Under the pieces are notes generated by a model that saw nothing but the letters and a program-made list of their open reading frames with translations, did no database searches and had not been told where the DNA came from. Positions 1 to 8,694 of a stretch of DNA of 41,394 nt are shown here, piece after piece; the first letter of the stretch is position 1, and each line of letters opens with the position of its first letter. Origin of the DNA: a virus; IMG/VR virus record IMGVR_UViG_3300037054_000114, positions 1 to 41,394 of that record. The stretch is one strand, 5' to 3'. Both the position numbers and the translations under genes were made by a program.

Positions 1-120
1 GGCAATGGCCGTGGCCTGAATACCGCCCGGCGGGGGCGGATCAATGACCAGAACCGGGGGCACAAGGAAGCCCGAACCAGCCTGCGTCACGGTCGGGGCA
101 GCTACGCTGCCACCAATGAT
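1..120. repeat. Direct terminal repeat, left copy (identical to 41275..41394)
   Basis: All 120 nt at 1..120 match 41275..41394 when read base by base. The repeat lies inside a minus-strand ORF, so it is best explained as the overlap of a circular assembly. Confidence 0.95.
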
Positions 121-498
121 GGCATAGCCAAGTGCGGTCGGGTAGCCGGTGGTGTTGGAAGCCGCGAAAGCAATGGATACGCCCGTTGCCGCGGAACCAA
201 TACCGTTGGTCATGCCCGAGCCGGCCGTCAATGTGTTGCCGCTGACCACACCAGTGATGTTGTGGCAACGGAAATTGAAGCCATCGCAGTTGATAAAGCC
301 GCCGGTCGAGGCCGCCTGGAAGGTCGCCCAAGTTTGCTCAATCGGGTCCCAACGCTCGATGGTGCAACTGGCATCCGTCAACACGACATACTGGCCGGGC
401 GGGAAGTACCACACGCCACCAGAGCCGAGACAGACCTTGTTGGTGCTCTCGGAAACCTGACCGAGAGGAAGGGGAAATGCGCCGCCTATGCGAGCCAT
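1..498 (-). CDS. N-terminal part (166 codons) of a wrap-around virion structural protein with G-x-G-Y repeat modules; continues at 41274..40864 (about 302 aa in total)
   Basis: ATG at 498..496 follows GAGGA, 7 nt after the capsid gene stop. My translation (MARIGGAFPLPLGQVSE...) stays open to position 1 and is in frame with ORF 40864..41364 through the terminal repeat. The ORF track misses it because it runs off the window edge. Confidence 0.8.
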   Translation of the reverse strand, partial: MARIGGAFPLPLGQVSESTNKVCLGSGGVWYFPPGQYVVLTDASCTIERWDPIEQTWATFQAASTGGFINCDGFNFRCHNITGVVSGNTLTAGSGMTNGIGSAATGVSIAFAASNTTGYPTALGYAIIGGSVAAPTVTQAGSGFLVPPVLVIDPPPPGGIQATAIA

Positions 499-505
499 GG
501 TGTCC

Positions 506-1516
506 TCAGATGTTCAAGTACGCGAGGCCGTCGAACTTCCCGTGAGCCTTGCACTTCACGTCCACGAGTTCGAGCAGCGAAAGGATGGCGCCGATGTAGC
601 CGAGCTGGTTGTTCGGGAGAGTAGATTCGAACCCAGTGAAAGAGAATGCGGCTCTCTCATGCAGGTACAGCGACAGATAGTTGGTATTGATGAGGTACAG
701 CACGCCCTCTGGGCAGTACGGGTCGGCATAGAACGGCACGCCGGCCACATCCAAGGCCCGGAACAGGCTGGATGCCTTTTCGTCGGCACCGAAAGCATTG
801 CCCGGGGTGATGTTGTAGCGTTCCTGCGACGTGAAATCCTGCGCCAGCAACGTCCAAGTGCCGAATCCCATGACGCCAATGGACGGCATTTCGCCGGTGG
901 TCTTGGAAACCTGCGAAATATATTGGAGCATCAGGTTCCGGGTCGGCGTGACGTTGCCGTTGCCGTGAACGTAGGTCGATTTCCAGAACGTGTTGGTGTT
1001 GCGGTTGATGCCGCCGTAGGTCGCCGAGAACGTGCCGTCGTCAATTGCGGCCGGCAACCCGATAAGCTGCTGGGTATTGGCGACGTTGTTGTAGAGGGAG
1101 TTGGCGAAAGTATCGATTGTGACGTTGGTGGAGTCGTTCATGCGCGCTTCGATCAGCGGCACCACCGAATAATCGAGCTGCACCAGCCCTTCCATACCCA
1201 GAAATGGGATGGTCGAGACGAAAGCCTTGAGGTCAAATTCGGCGTCCTGAATGCCGGGCATCACACCAGGCTGTTCGAAGCTGCCCGAGTAATCCACCCA
1301 CTGGCCGGACACCATCGGAGTGCCCTGGACCGGCGCCGTGATGGGCGACAGACCGCCCGTGGCGACTTGTGCCGAGGCGAGAAGGGCCGAAATCAGCGGG
1401 GCCGATTTCCAGATTTGCACGTATACTTTGTTCATGAACGCCCGCCTAACAACAGCGGACAATTCTGAGGCTATAGCGCCACTTGCTGGCACAATCCCTT
1501 GGCCGAAGATCGGCAT
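506..1516 (-). CDS. Major capsid protein (HK97-fold type, podovirus-like)
   Basis: 336 aa ORF directly downstream of a scaffold-like gene in a terminase-portal-scaffold-capsid order. High third-position GC. The 326 aa plus-strand ORF opposite it looks like an antisense artefact. Confidence 0.8.
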   Translation of the reverse strand: MPIFGQGIVPASGAIASELSAVVRRAFMNKVYVQIWKSAPLISALLASAQVATGGLSPITAPVQGTPMVSGQWVDYSGSFEQPGVMPGIQDAEFDLKAFVSTIPFLGMEGLVQLDYSVVPLIEARMNDSTNVTIDTFANSLYNNVANTQQLIGLPAAIDDGTFSATYGGINRNTNTFWKSTYVHGNGNVTPTRNLMLQYISQVSKTTGEMPSIGVMGFGTWTLLAQDFTSQERYNITPGNAFGADEKASSLFRALDVAGVPFYADPYCPEGVLYLINTNYLSLYLHERAAFSFTGFESTLPNNQLGYIGAILSLLELVDVKCKAHGKFDGLAYLNI

Positions 1517-1547
1517 TTTGTCAATCCTTTCAACGACTTAGCGGGAT

Positions 1548-2093
1548 TTAGGCCCGCCTTCTGCGAAACTCGTCAATCACCGCATACGCATTATTGCGCG
1601 CGGCCTTGTTCGGGTCTTTCGAATACTCGGCAAACGCCGGCAATTCCCACGTCGCGCCCGGCGGGGTTTCGCCGCTGGGCTTTTGATTGGCCGGCGGCGG
1701 GTTGAGCGCGGCATACAGAATGCGGCCGTCCTCGTAGTCGCTGATGCCCTTCTTTTGCATCAGGTCCTCGATTTTCTTGACCGTATCCTCATCGTATTTC
1801 GGAGCCGAACCATCATCGCTACCGGCCAGCAGCCGTTGCCGGTCGCGGTTCAGCTTCTCGACAATAGCGTTCTGCTGGTCTTGGATTCGGCTCTGCTCAA
1901 ATTCGGACTTGAACGCCTCGAATTTGTCCTCGACTTCCACATCGGCAAAGGCCGCGGCGTGAGCCGAATCAGGCTTGGCTTCGCGCACGATCTTGGCGAA
2001 TGCCTTGCGGGTCTTTTTGTCGTGCGACAGATCGAGTGCGAGCCGCGCCAAATCCTGCGCGACGTTCGGATCAATCGGCTTGGGGGCGTCCAT
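1548..2093 (-). CDS. Scaffolding-like protein
   Basis: 181 aa, highly charged and apparently helical (many K/E/D/R/Q), immediately upstream of the capsid gene. Confidence 0.55.
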   Translation of the reverse strand: MDAPKPIDPNVAQDLARLALDLSHDKKTRKAFAKIVREAKPDSAHAAAFADVEVEDKFEAFKSEFEQSRIQDQQNAIVEKLNRDRQRLLAGSDDGSAPKYDEDTVKKIEDLMQKKGISDYEDGRILYAALNPPPANQKPSGETPPGATWELPAFAEYSKDPNKAARNNAYAVIDEFRRRRA

Positions 2094-2302
2094 CAGATTG
2101 GCTTGCCGCGCTGAGCAGACGGGCCGCCGCGCTCAAGGCCCATGCCGCCGATCTTGTTGCGCTTGCCGGTCGGATCGGTGAGCTTTTGTTCGGACGTGAA
2201 GCCGCCAAGCACACTGTACGTGGGCGGATTGCGGAAAATCCCGTTTTCCATCTTGCGCGTGCGCGCGGGAGCGGATGCTTTCGGGCGAAGAAAATCGGTC
2301 AT
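2093..2302 (-). CDS. Hypothetical protein (69 aa)
   Basis: ATGA start/stop overlap with the upstream gene and a 1-nt overlap with the scaffold gene start. High third-position GC. Confidence 0.6.
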   Translation of the reverse strand: MTDFLRPKASAPARTRKMENGIFRNPPTYSVLGGFTSEQKLTDPTGKRNKIGGMGLERGGPSAQRGKPI

Positions 2303-2748
2303 GCTGCCTCCATTTCCGGACCGGGCATTGACATACCGGGCGGGGGTTCGTTGGTTGGTTTGATGCCGGGCGGGGGAGCGGCTGACATACCCCCGCCTTT
2401 CTGCGCATTCATCGCCATGTTGGCGATACCGGCAGGGACCATGTTGGAACCTTCGGCCTTACCAAATATCGGGGTAAGCGCGCGATAGGCGTTGATGAGG
2501 GCCTGTTGTTCTTTTGAGCCGACCGTGAACGCCAGCGCCGCATGTAACAGCGTTGGCATGGCGACTTTGACGGATTGCATTGCCGCGGCTTGATTGCCAG
2601 CGCCGCCGCCGGGTGAAAGCATCGGCGAAGCGCCTGGGCCGCCTGGCCCCCCGGCCGGCGATTTGGGCAAACCGGGAGGTGCAGCACCGGCACCGGGAGG
2701 TGCACCAGGAGCGGCAGGCGGCGGTGGTTGGTCCATTCCCATCGGCAT
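2299..2748 (-). CDS. Pro/Gly/Ala-rich low-complexity protein with a short helical core
   Basis: ORF 2299..2757 begins at a TTG; the first ATG is at 2748 (MPMGMDQPPPPAAPGAPPG...). It lies between the portal and scaffold genes. Confidence 0.6.
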   Translation of the reverse strand: MPMGMDQPPPPAAPGAPPGAGAAPPGLPKSPAGGPGGPGASPMLSPGGGAGNQAAAMQSVKVAMPTLLHAALAFTVGSKEQQALINAYRALTPIFGKAEGSNMVPAGIANMAMNAQKGGGMSAAPPPGIKPTNEPPPGMSMPGPEMEAA

Positions 2749-2804
2749 AGGATTCAATTCATAGGACTAAAAGCCGTTGGGCGTCAACTAGGCGAAAAGC
2801 AATT

Positions 2805-2830
2805 GGCCCCGGCAGTGCGGTGCCGAGGCC
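2805..2830 (-). terminator. GC-rich hairpin followed by a T-rich tract on the minus strand (possible intrinsic terminator or attenuator)
   Basis: ggccccggca / tgccgaggcc form a 10-bp stem with one mismatch and a 6-nt loop. On the minus strand it is followed by AATTGCTTTTCG. Confidence 0.3.
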
Positions 2831-2861
2831 AAAAGGTTCGTGCGAGTTGAGGTTTGTACGC

Positions 2862-2912
2862 TTACCGGCGCGACTTGCGACGGCCGCGCTTGTGACTTTT
2901 ACGTCTCCGCAT
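2862..2912 (-). CDS. Candidate 16-aa arginine-rich mini-ORF (MRRRKSHKRGRRKSRR)
   Basis: ATG at 2912 is preceded by GGAAGGAG with a 7-nt spacer; TAA stop at 2864..2862. Too short to judge from codon statistics. Confidence 0.3.
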   Translation of the reverse strand: MRRRKSHKRGRRKSRR

Positions 2913-3025
2913 AATGAGGCTCCTTCCAGTTATGGTTGGCGGGCGCCAACACAGCGACTATCGCCGTATCCCGCCCATGAGTGCCTAACCCTGTAAATGT
3001 GCGCGCGGGATTTTGGTTTGTCAAA

Positions 3026-3220
3026 TCAGCGTGGCGGCCAATTACCAGTTTCCTTGGCGCGGTCTTTGAGCCTATCCGCCATGTCGGCAAGATTGTCGGT
3101 CATGCGGTCATAAGCGCGGTCGGCGGTCGCGTCATATGCCTCGGCATCAGTTGCGTCCTGATGCATTGCCAAATATTCCTCAATCAATTGTTCATGCGCC
3201 GCGATAAATAGTTCCTTCAT
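3026..3220 (-). CDS. Small acidic hypothetical protein (64 aa)
   Basis: ORF 3026..3238. The internal ATG at 3220 (MKELFIAAHEQ...) is preceded by GAGGG. Confidence 0.6.
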   Translation of the reverse strand: MKELFIAAHEQLIEEYLAMHQDATDAEAYDATADRAYDRMTDNLADMADRLKDRAKETGNWPPR

Positions 3221-3262
3221 TGTTCCGCCCTCGTTCACGTTGCTACGTCAGAATTGGACGTA

Positions 3263-5026
3263 TCACGGATGTGCGTGTCCGTTCTTTTTCGGCTTCTCGC
3301 CTTCCGGCGGCATTCCCATCTGCGCACGCTTGGCCGCGGCTTCGGCGGCTTGTTTCTTGCGAGCGCGCAACGAGTGGATGAGGTTGTTCTTGTTGGGCGG
3401 GTTCATCATCCGCAGGAATGCTTCCTCGTCAATCGCCTGCGCCTTCTTGAGTAGCGTTGCCAACTCCCTACTGTCGTCGGCAAACAACGGGCTGTGGCTA
3501 TGTCCGGCAACGGACAGAGAGTAATCCGACGATAGGTTATGGTAGAAAAATTCATCCCCCGGCTTGCCGTCCTCTTTCGGGTCCGGCTTTATCGGATTGT
3601 CGTTGTTCCGCATATTTAGTTTCATCACTAAATCGCCCATGCGGACTAATGGCGCCTCCAACTTGGTTGCGGTCTTTTTGATGCGGCCGGTGCCGGTGGT
3701 GAGCAATTGCTTGGCGTGGCCGGTCGAGCGAACATCCTTGGTGCCCTTGCCTTCCGCAGTGGCTGTCAGCCCTGACGCCTCCAACATCAACCCGGCAATT
3801 TGCTGGTAATCCGCAAAAATGTCCGGCGGCATTTGCGGGGCCAGTTCCTTGATGGCCGCCTGCGGCAACTGATCCATCACCCACGTATCGGCCCCGCCAA
3901 AGGCCTCCATCTTATCCTCGGTCATGCCAAGGAAGCCACTACCGACGCGGGGCGGGTAAGCCTGCTTTTCGAGGATGTCGTGTATCTGGTCCAGCCGTTC
4001 ATTCGACCATTGCTGCAACGGGATCAACGATTCGATGTGTGCCTTGCCCCAGAAATACTTGTAGATGCTGTAGGGCGTGATTTGGACGTAAGGGTGATCT
4101 TTGGGGAAGAACGGATTGCATTGCGTGTTGTAGAACTGCTCCTGATCCTTGCTCGGAACCCTGTACCCCTTGGCCTTTTTCAGGACTTCGATGGTTTTTT
4201 TGGAGTCGGAGAGGATGATTCCGGGATCAACGGCGAAAAATACTCGGTAGTCCTCGCATACGTCGTCCCACACCGTAAGTTCGTGGAAAGCGACCAGCGG
4301 ACGATTGATTTTGGCCACGTAGCTAGGCCTTGCGACATAGCTGGGATTGACCGATCCGGTGACGTTTCCACTTAAATTCTCCCCTGACGTGGACGCAATA
4401 ATCATCCGCGTAACCATTTCGGGAAATGGCGACTCGAATGGGGTATTGACCACGCTCAACTGGTCGATTTTGTTGGCCAGCCCAGCCCGAATCAGCCGCT
4501 GGCAGGCATTGTCATAGTCGATGTAGTAGGTGTGGACGAACGCAGGCTGGCTTTCCAGGTCGGTGATTTCCTCGGCAAATACCCCGAACTCCCACGGCAT
4601 GACCATGGTGAAAGTTTCTTCCTCTTTCACGTCGGACCAGCCCATTTTGCCGACAACGGTATCCATCACCGTTGACCATTTCAGCGCCTCGCCAAAGAAA
4701 TCAAACAGACCGGCATCGCGAAAATCGTTGTTGAAGGCGTCCTGCGCGGCCATAAACTGTTTCACTTCAGCATCACTAGCGTTAGCGGGTGCAGAAAGTG
4801 AAAATTCAGCATGGTCCGGCGAGTAGAGAAACGAGCAGACCAAATCGAGATGCGATTCGATTCGGTTGTAGATGATGTCGCTATCGCCGCTTGTGCCGTA
4901 CAGGAAGAATTGCCGGCGGCGGTCGTACAGGGCTTTGCGTTCTTCTTTCGAGTCGAGACACGTCGATAGCACCCAATTTAGGTACTCATCTTTGAGACTT
5001 GAGCTTTCAGGAATGATCATGAACAT
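3263..5026 (-). CDS. Portal protein
   Basis: About 590-600 aa ORF downstream of the large terminase and upstream of scaffold and capsid, with a basic C-terminal tail. An alternative GTG start at 5068 overlaps the upstream stop (GTGA). Confidence 0.8.
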   Translation of the reverse strand: MFMIIPESSSLKDEYLNWVLSTCLDSKEERKALYDRRRQFFLYGTSGDSDIIYNRIESHLDLVCSFLYSPDHAEFSLSAPANASDAEVKQFMAAQDAFNNDFRDAGLFDFFGEALKWSTVMDTVVGKMGWSDVKEEETFTMVMPWEFGVFAEEITDLESQPAFVHTYYIDYDNACQRLIRAGLANKIDQLSVVNTPFESPFPEMVTRMIIASTSGENLSGNVTGSVNPSYVARPSYVAKINRPLVAFHELTVWDDVCEDYRVFFAVDPGIILSDSKKTIEVLKKAKGYRVPSKDQEQFYNTQCNPFFPKDHPYVQITPYSIYKYFWGKAHIESLIPLQQWSNERLDQIHDILEKQAYPPRVGSGFLGMTEDKMEAFGGADTWVMDQLPQAAIKELAPQMPPDIFADYQQIAGLMLEASGLTATAEGKGTKDVRSTGHAKQLLTTGTGRIKKTATKLEAPLVRMGDLVMKLNMRNNDNPIKPDPKEDGKPGDEFFYHNLSSDYSLSVAGHSHSPLFADDSRELATLLKKAQAIDEEAFLRMMNPPNKNNLIHSLRARKKQAAEAAAKRAQMGMPPEGEKPKKNGHAHP

Positions 5027-5064
5027 GCTTATCCGGTTTAGACACACAGCCCTACATCTTGTGG

Positions 5065-5433
5065 TCACGTAGCGGGCCGCTCGTCGCCGTCGGCAACCTG
5101 CTCTTCCGAAATCTCGAAAGTTGCTTTGGCCGGGTGGGGCAAATAGAACGACTTTTCGCCGCTGCCGCCGTTGTAGTTGCCCTCGACTGTCACAGGGTCG
5201 TGGCCGATTTGCTTCACGGTTGCGCGATATTTTCCGTTGACGTGAACCTTTACGGAGGTGGTCATGGGTTTTTCCTTGTTGATCGTGAAAAACGGCTGCC
5301 GGTGCCGTTCAATTGGCGGAATTTGCCAGTCCGGCTCTGGCTCGCGGTAATCAGGATCAGGACCGAAGCGCCGCTTGCCTGCCTCAGTCTCTACGTCGGG
5401 GTCGCTGGCGATCTTTCGCCGCAAATCATTCAT
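5065..5433 (-). CDS. Hypothetical protein (122 aa)
   Basis: Coupled by a 4-nt overlap to the upstream gene. Sits between the terminase and portal genes. Confidence 0.65.
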   Translation of the reverse strand: MNDLRRKIASDPDVETEAGKRRFGPDPDYREPEPDWQIPPIERHRQPFFTINKEKPMTTSVKVHVNGKYRATVKQIGHDPVTVEGNYNGGSGEKSFYLPHPAKATFEISEEQVADGDERPAT

Positions 5434-5906
5434 CGTAGTGGCCTATGAGTATATTCAATCGCGGTGTTGGAATGCACCCCCGGCACGGAACGGGAGTGGG
5501 GCAACGCATTACCTGTGCCCACCCGCGCCTTGAAATTCACATTGGTTGTGGATGGCAGACATGTGGCCACTGGCCGGCCGTTCTGGTCCCGCACGATAGG
5601 TGAGGTAAAGCCCGGCCCAAACTGCATATTCGGCACGTTGCGGCCGGGGTTGGGTGGGGTCGGCAGCTTGGGCATTGCACGCTCGCCACGCTGCGCGGAG
5701 TTCACGTCGGTCATCTTGAACACGTCCACTAGGTGCCGCAGCTCGGCATCGGCCGCCTTGGCCGTACCCGCGACGTGCCCGCCACCGGGTATCCACTGCA
5801 CGCGAATGCACTTACAGCCGGGACAGCTAGGATTTCTTTCCCATGCGTCGAAGGTTTGCAGGCAGTTGCCGTTGAGACATTGCCAGGATCGGATAACGCC
5901 GCTCAT
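5430..5906 (-). CDS. Hypothetical protein with an N-terminal Cys-rich zinc-ribbon-like segment (158 aa)
   Basis: N-terminus is ...WQCLNGNC...CPGCKC.... 4-nt overlaps at both ends. Confidence 0.65.
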   Translation of the reverse strand: MSGVIRSWQCLNGNCLQTFDAWERNPSCPGCKCIRVQWIPGGGHVAGTAKAADAELRHLVDVFKMTDVNSAQRGERAMPKLPTPPNPGRNVPNMQFGPGFTSPIVRDQNGRPVATCLPSTTNVNFKARVGTGNALPHSRSVPGVHSNTAIEYTHRPLR

Positions 5907-6214
5907 TGAAATGGCCCATAATATTCGTGAAACCCGCGGATTTTGCGCCAGAACTCAATCGGGCGATCATCCGAGTACACCGCCAACTCGTACTCCCCCG
6001 GCTCCATATTCTCAAGTTTTATGGGCCTAATCTCGATAGTGTGCTGCTCTACAGAACCGGCCGCAGGCACCGGCTCAAGATTTTTGTGGTCCCAAATCGG
6101 AGTGGAAGGGACGAAAGACAAAACCTCGAAATGAGTCTTGGCACCCGCGGGCACGTCAATGTAGCCAAAAATCTTCGTGGGCTGACAGCAACAGCGAACG
6201 GGATAGGTCGTCAT
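5903..6214 (-). CDS. Hypothetical protein (103 aa)
   Basis: 4-nt overlaps with both neighbours, in the terminase-portal interval. Confidence 0.65.
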   Translation of the reverse strand: MTTYPVRCCCQPTKIFGYIDVPAGAKTHFEVLSFVPSTPIWDHKNLEPVPAAGSVEQHTIEIRPIKLENMEPGEYELAVYSDDRPIEFWRKIRGFHEYYGPFQ

Positions 6215-8100
6215 GCAGGCACCTTGATGTTCTGCTTGCGCAGGAAATTCACAATTAGCCTATCCACCGGCTCAGTTCCACCCCTTTGATCTATCTCGGC
6301 CGACCGGGCCAGGGTCAGCCCCATGGCCTTGAGCATCGGCAAGGCATAAAGATTATAGCCCTGATAGGCCAGGGCCGCGGCCATAACGCGATCATCCTTG
6401 GACCGGCCCTCGCCGCCAATCTGGCCTTCGTCGTTGACGATGCGGCGCATTTCTTCGATCAACGGCACGGAACGCGGGATGATGCGGCCAAGTTCTATTC
6501 CGTCCTTAAACTGATTCATCATACGCTGTTTTAATTCGTGTGTGGTTTTCCATTGGTAGGCCAGGGAGCTGCCACCCGGAGTATCCATGCGGCGATAAAA
6601 GAAATGCCGCATATTTCCCAAGATATTGCGAATGCCGAATGCGTCGTCCTGTGGCCGCATTTCGGCTGACAATTTCTGTATCTTTTGCAATTCGTCAAAC
6701 ACAGCCTGTCCCGGTCCAGTAATTTCAAGAACAGGCTGTATCCACGTCAAACCGTAGTAACCGGCCAGATGTGCCAATATCCAAGCATTCTGATAGGTGG
6801 ACGGCTCGGGCGAACAATACTCGACAACTTGCACCATACAGTCGGAGTAACAGCGCCAGCCCGACATAACCGAACGGTCGGCTTCGTCCGACGAACCGTA
6901 AGCCGGATCATCGCCCATAACGTAATAGCCAAATCGCGATGCTTCCTCCCACACCCGCAAAGGACTTCTAGGGTCCCTCGTCTGCTGCAATTTAGTTTCT
7001 TCCCACTTGTGCGTGAGCTTGTAGCGGTAGGTCAGGAACGGATGTTTTTTGGCTTCTCGGATACAGTTGGTAAGAGCTTCCGCAGTGAAGAACTGTGAAC
7101 CTGTCGCCTGAAAAGCGTCCTGGTCGGTCCATGGGTATTCCTGGTCCATCAGGGATTGGTCGTTGATCTTTTCGCTTTCAAGGTGCCAGCGATACCAAGC
7201 TATTTGTTGAAGGCTAATTTCAAACCCATAAACTTCACGTACCTCGCGGACCCGTTTGCGTTCGAGGGGAGCAAGCGACGATGAGATACCGTCCGGCATG
7301 TACTTGGTGAAGAACGGATGGTCCAATGGGAATTGGTTCCGCTCATCGCGCCACCAGCCGATAAATATAGCGGCCTTCGTCGGGTCTTTTTTGGCAAGGT
7401 CCCATGCTTCTTCGTAATGATTGAAGCCGTTGGCAGTAGATTCGTAAATCTGTAGCCGGTGGGGGTAGAGAGAACTCGTTTGGCTCCGAAATTCCGCCAA
7501 ATCGTCATCATTGCCATAGAATGCCACCTCCGTTGCATGAACGAAATTCGCACTACCAGACCGGCCCAAGCCACCCTTGCGGCCGCTCGATGTGCCGGCA
7601 ATCAGGTAGCGGAACTTACTAGCATTCTTAAGTATGAGAAGATTTCTGTTATGCCGAACGTAATTGACTTTATGGGTCTTAGGAGTTTCTGCAAAAAATA
7701 CTTCAATGGCTGACCTGAAATCGTCACGTGAACCTTCCTCGTGCGTAATGAACACCCCGAGGAGTCCCTTATGCTCAAAGGCCCAAAATAAATCCAGAGC
7801 GAGTAGGAAGGTGGATATTCCGGCCTGTCTGTTTTTGAGGACGTAGAATACCGTGATGCCATTGTCCAACCCCTTGCATATCTCGTCCAGCAAATAGACC
7901 TGACTGCCCAGCAACCGGAACGGCACCAGCCCGTAGTCCTTGGACTGCACCTTGAGCTGCTTCAAAAACGCAATGAACTTGGCCCGCGGGAATGGCGCAA
8001 CCGCGCTACTGCGCAGCTCGAACTTCTCAATCTCGTCCGGCGGTGGTTCCGATTTGAGAGGGACGTGGGCGGCGTCAGGCATCGAGAACACCACGGGCAA
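6211..8100 (-). CDS. terL: Terminase large subunit
   Basis: 629 aa with a Walker-A-like LKNRQAGIST, a Walker-B-like FVHATEVAF, an ESTANG coupling motif and a C-terminal acidic nuclease-like region (GDDPAYGSSDEADRS). Confidence 0.9.
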   Translation of the reverse strand: MPVVFSMPDAAHVPLKSEPPPDEIEKFELRSSAVAPFPRAKFIAFLKQLKVQSKDYGLVPFRLLGSQVYLLDEICKGLDNGITVFYVLKNRQAGISTFLLALDLFWAFEHKGLLGVFITHEEGSRDDFRSAIEVFFAETPKTHKVNYVRHNRNLLILKNASKFRYLIAGTSSGRKGGLGRSGSANFVHATEVAFYGNDDDLAEFRSQTSSLYPHRLQIYESTANGFNHYEEAWDLAKKDPTKAAIFIGWWRDERNQFPLDHPFFTKYMPDGISSSLAPLERKRVREVREVYGFEISLQQIAWYRWHLESEKINDQSLMDQEYPWTDQDAFQATGSQFFTAEALTNCIREAKKHPFLTYRYKLTHKWEETKLQQTRDPRSPLRVWEEASRFGYYVMGDDPAYGSSDEADRSVMSGWRCYSDCMVQVVEYCSPEPSTYQNAWILAHLAGYYGLTWIQPVLEITGPGQAVFDELQKIQKLSAEMRPQDDAFGIRNILGNMRHFFYRRMDTPGGSSLAYQWKTTHELKQRMMNQFKDGIELGRIIPRSVPLIEEMRRIVNDEGQIGGEGRSKDDRVMAAALAYQGYNLYALPMLKAMGLTLARSAEIDQRGGTEPVDRLIVNFLRKQNIKVPA

Positions 8101-8299
8101 TATCGCCGATGCCTTTCAGACAGTGGCGCCCCATGCTCGCGCTGAAAGCATCCAGCGTCATGCCGTTGGCCGTCAGTAATTTATGGGCACGATGGCTTTC
8201 TTCGGCAGACGGTTCGTGAAAAATATCAGTTGGGTAGGCATCAGCCCACTGCACAATGCGCTGTAGGGCGTCTTCCAAATCCTCGCACCGCTCGCACAT
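8075..8299 (-). CDS. Hypothetical protein (74 aa)
   Basis: ORF 8075..8329. The ATG at 8299 (MCERCEDLED...) is preceded by GGAGG. Overlaps the terL start. Confidence 0.6.
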   Translation of the reverse strand: MCERCEDLEDALQRIVQWADAYPTDIFHEPSAEESHRAHKLLTANGMTLDAFSASMGRHCLKGIGDIARGVLDA

Positions 8300-8335
8300 T
8301 GCAGCCTCCGAACAAATCAGTAGAGGCAACCTATG

Positions 8336-8452
8336 TCAGCAGCAACAGCCGTACAATCCCGTTCCCGGCCATATCCACGCGCTGATTTCAGTGAGCATGA
8401 CCGCGGCAATCAACCCGCTGGCAATAACGTAGCCCAGCAACAGGCGGCTCAT
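8336..8452 (-). CDS. Candidate 38-aa single-pass membrane peptide (MSRLLLGYVIASGLIAAVMLTEISAWIWPGTGLYGCCC)
   Basis: ATGA overlap with the stop of the 81-aa membrane protein upstream. Below the ORF-track size cutoff. Confidence 0.35.
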   Translation of the reverse strand: MSRLLLGYVIASGLIAAVMLTEISAWIWPGTGLYGCCC

Positions 8453-8694
8453 CCCATGCCGTGCAGAAGGCCGCCGGGGCCGCTCAGAATGCAGCTAAAA
8501 AGCATGAAGATGATTTTCACCGCCATGATCGCAACAATGGCCCACAGGATGATGTTGATGATGCCGGTGATGAGTGGGCTGCCAATCCAACCCAGCAAAA
8601 TCGGCATGACAAGCCGAATGACGGCGATAACCGCAAATACGATGATGAGCCAAATGCAGAGCGTTTCAGCCCAGGCGAGAGAAAAGCACATCAC
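8449..8694 (-). CDS. Small multi-pass membrane protein (81 aa)
   Basis: Almost entirely hydrophobic, with about three helix-length segments. 4-nt overlap with the upstream gene. Confidence 0.6.
   Translation of the reverse strand: MMCFSLAWAETLCIWLIIVFAVIAVIRLVMPILLGWIGSPLITGIINIILWAIVAIMAVKIIFMLFSCILSGPGGLLHGMG

Noticed and set aside
1-120. The terminal direct repeat as a genuine T7-like physical terminal redundancy
   Set aside because: The repeat lies wholly inside an open reading frame that continues seamlessly across the junction. It is better explained as the overlap of a circular assembly. Only read-terminus data could show otherwise.
41-331. 96-aa minus-strand ORF from the track
   Set aside because: It is out of frame with the uninterrupted gene that starts at 498 and joins 40864..41364. 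Its sequence is Arg/Trp/His-rich and looks non-coding.
621-634. GGGTTCGAATC, a T-loop-like motif on the minus strand that might mark a tRNA
   Set aside because: The flanking bases do not form a T-stem or an acceptor stem, and the motif lies inside the capsid CDS.
488-1468. 326-aa plus-strand ORF
   Set aside because: It is antisense to the major capsid gene. Its Arg/Gly/Val-rich composition is typical of the reverse frame of a GC-rich gene, and it fits no operon context.
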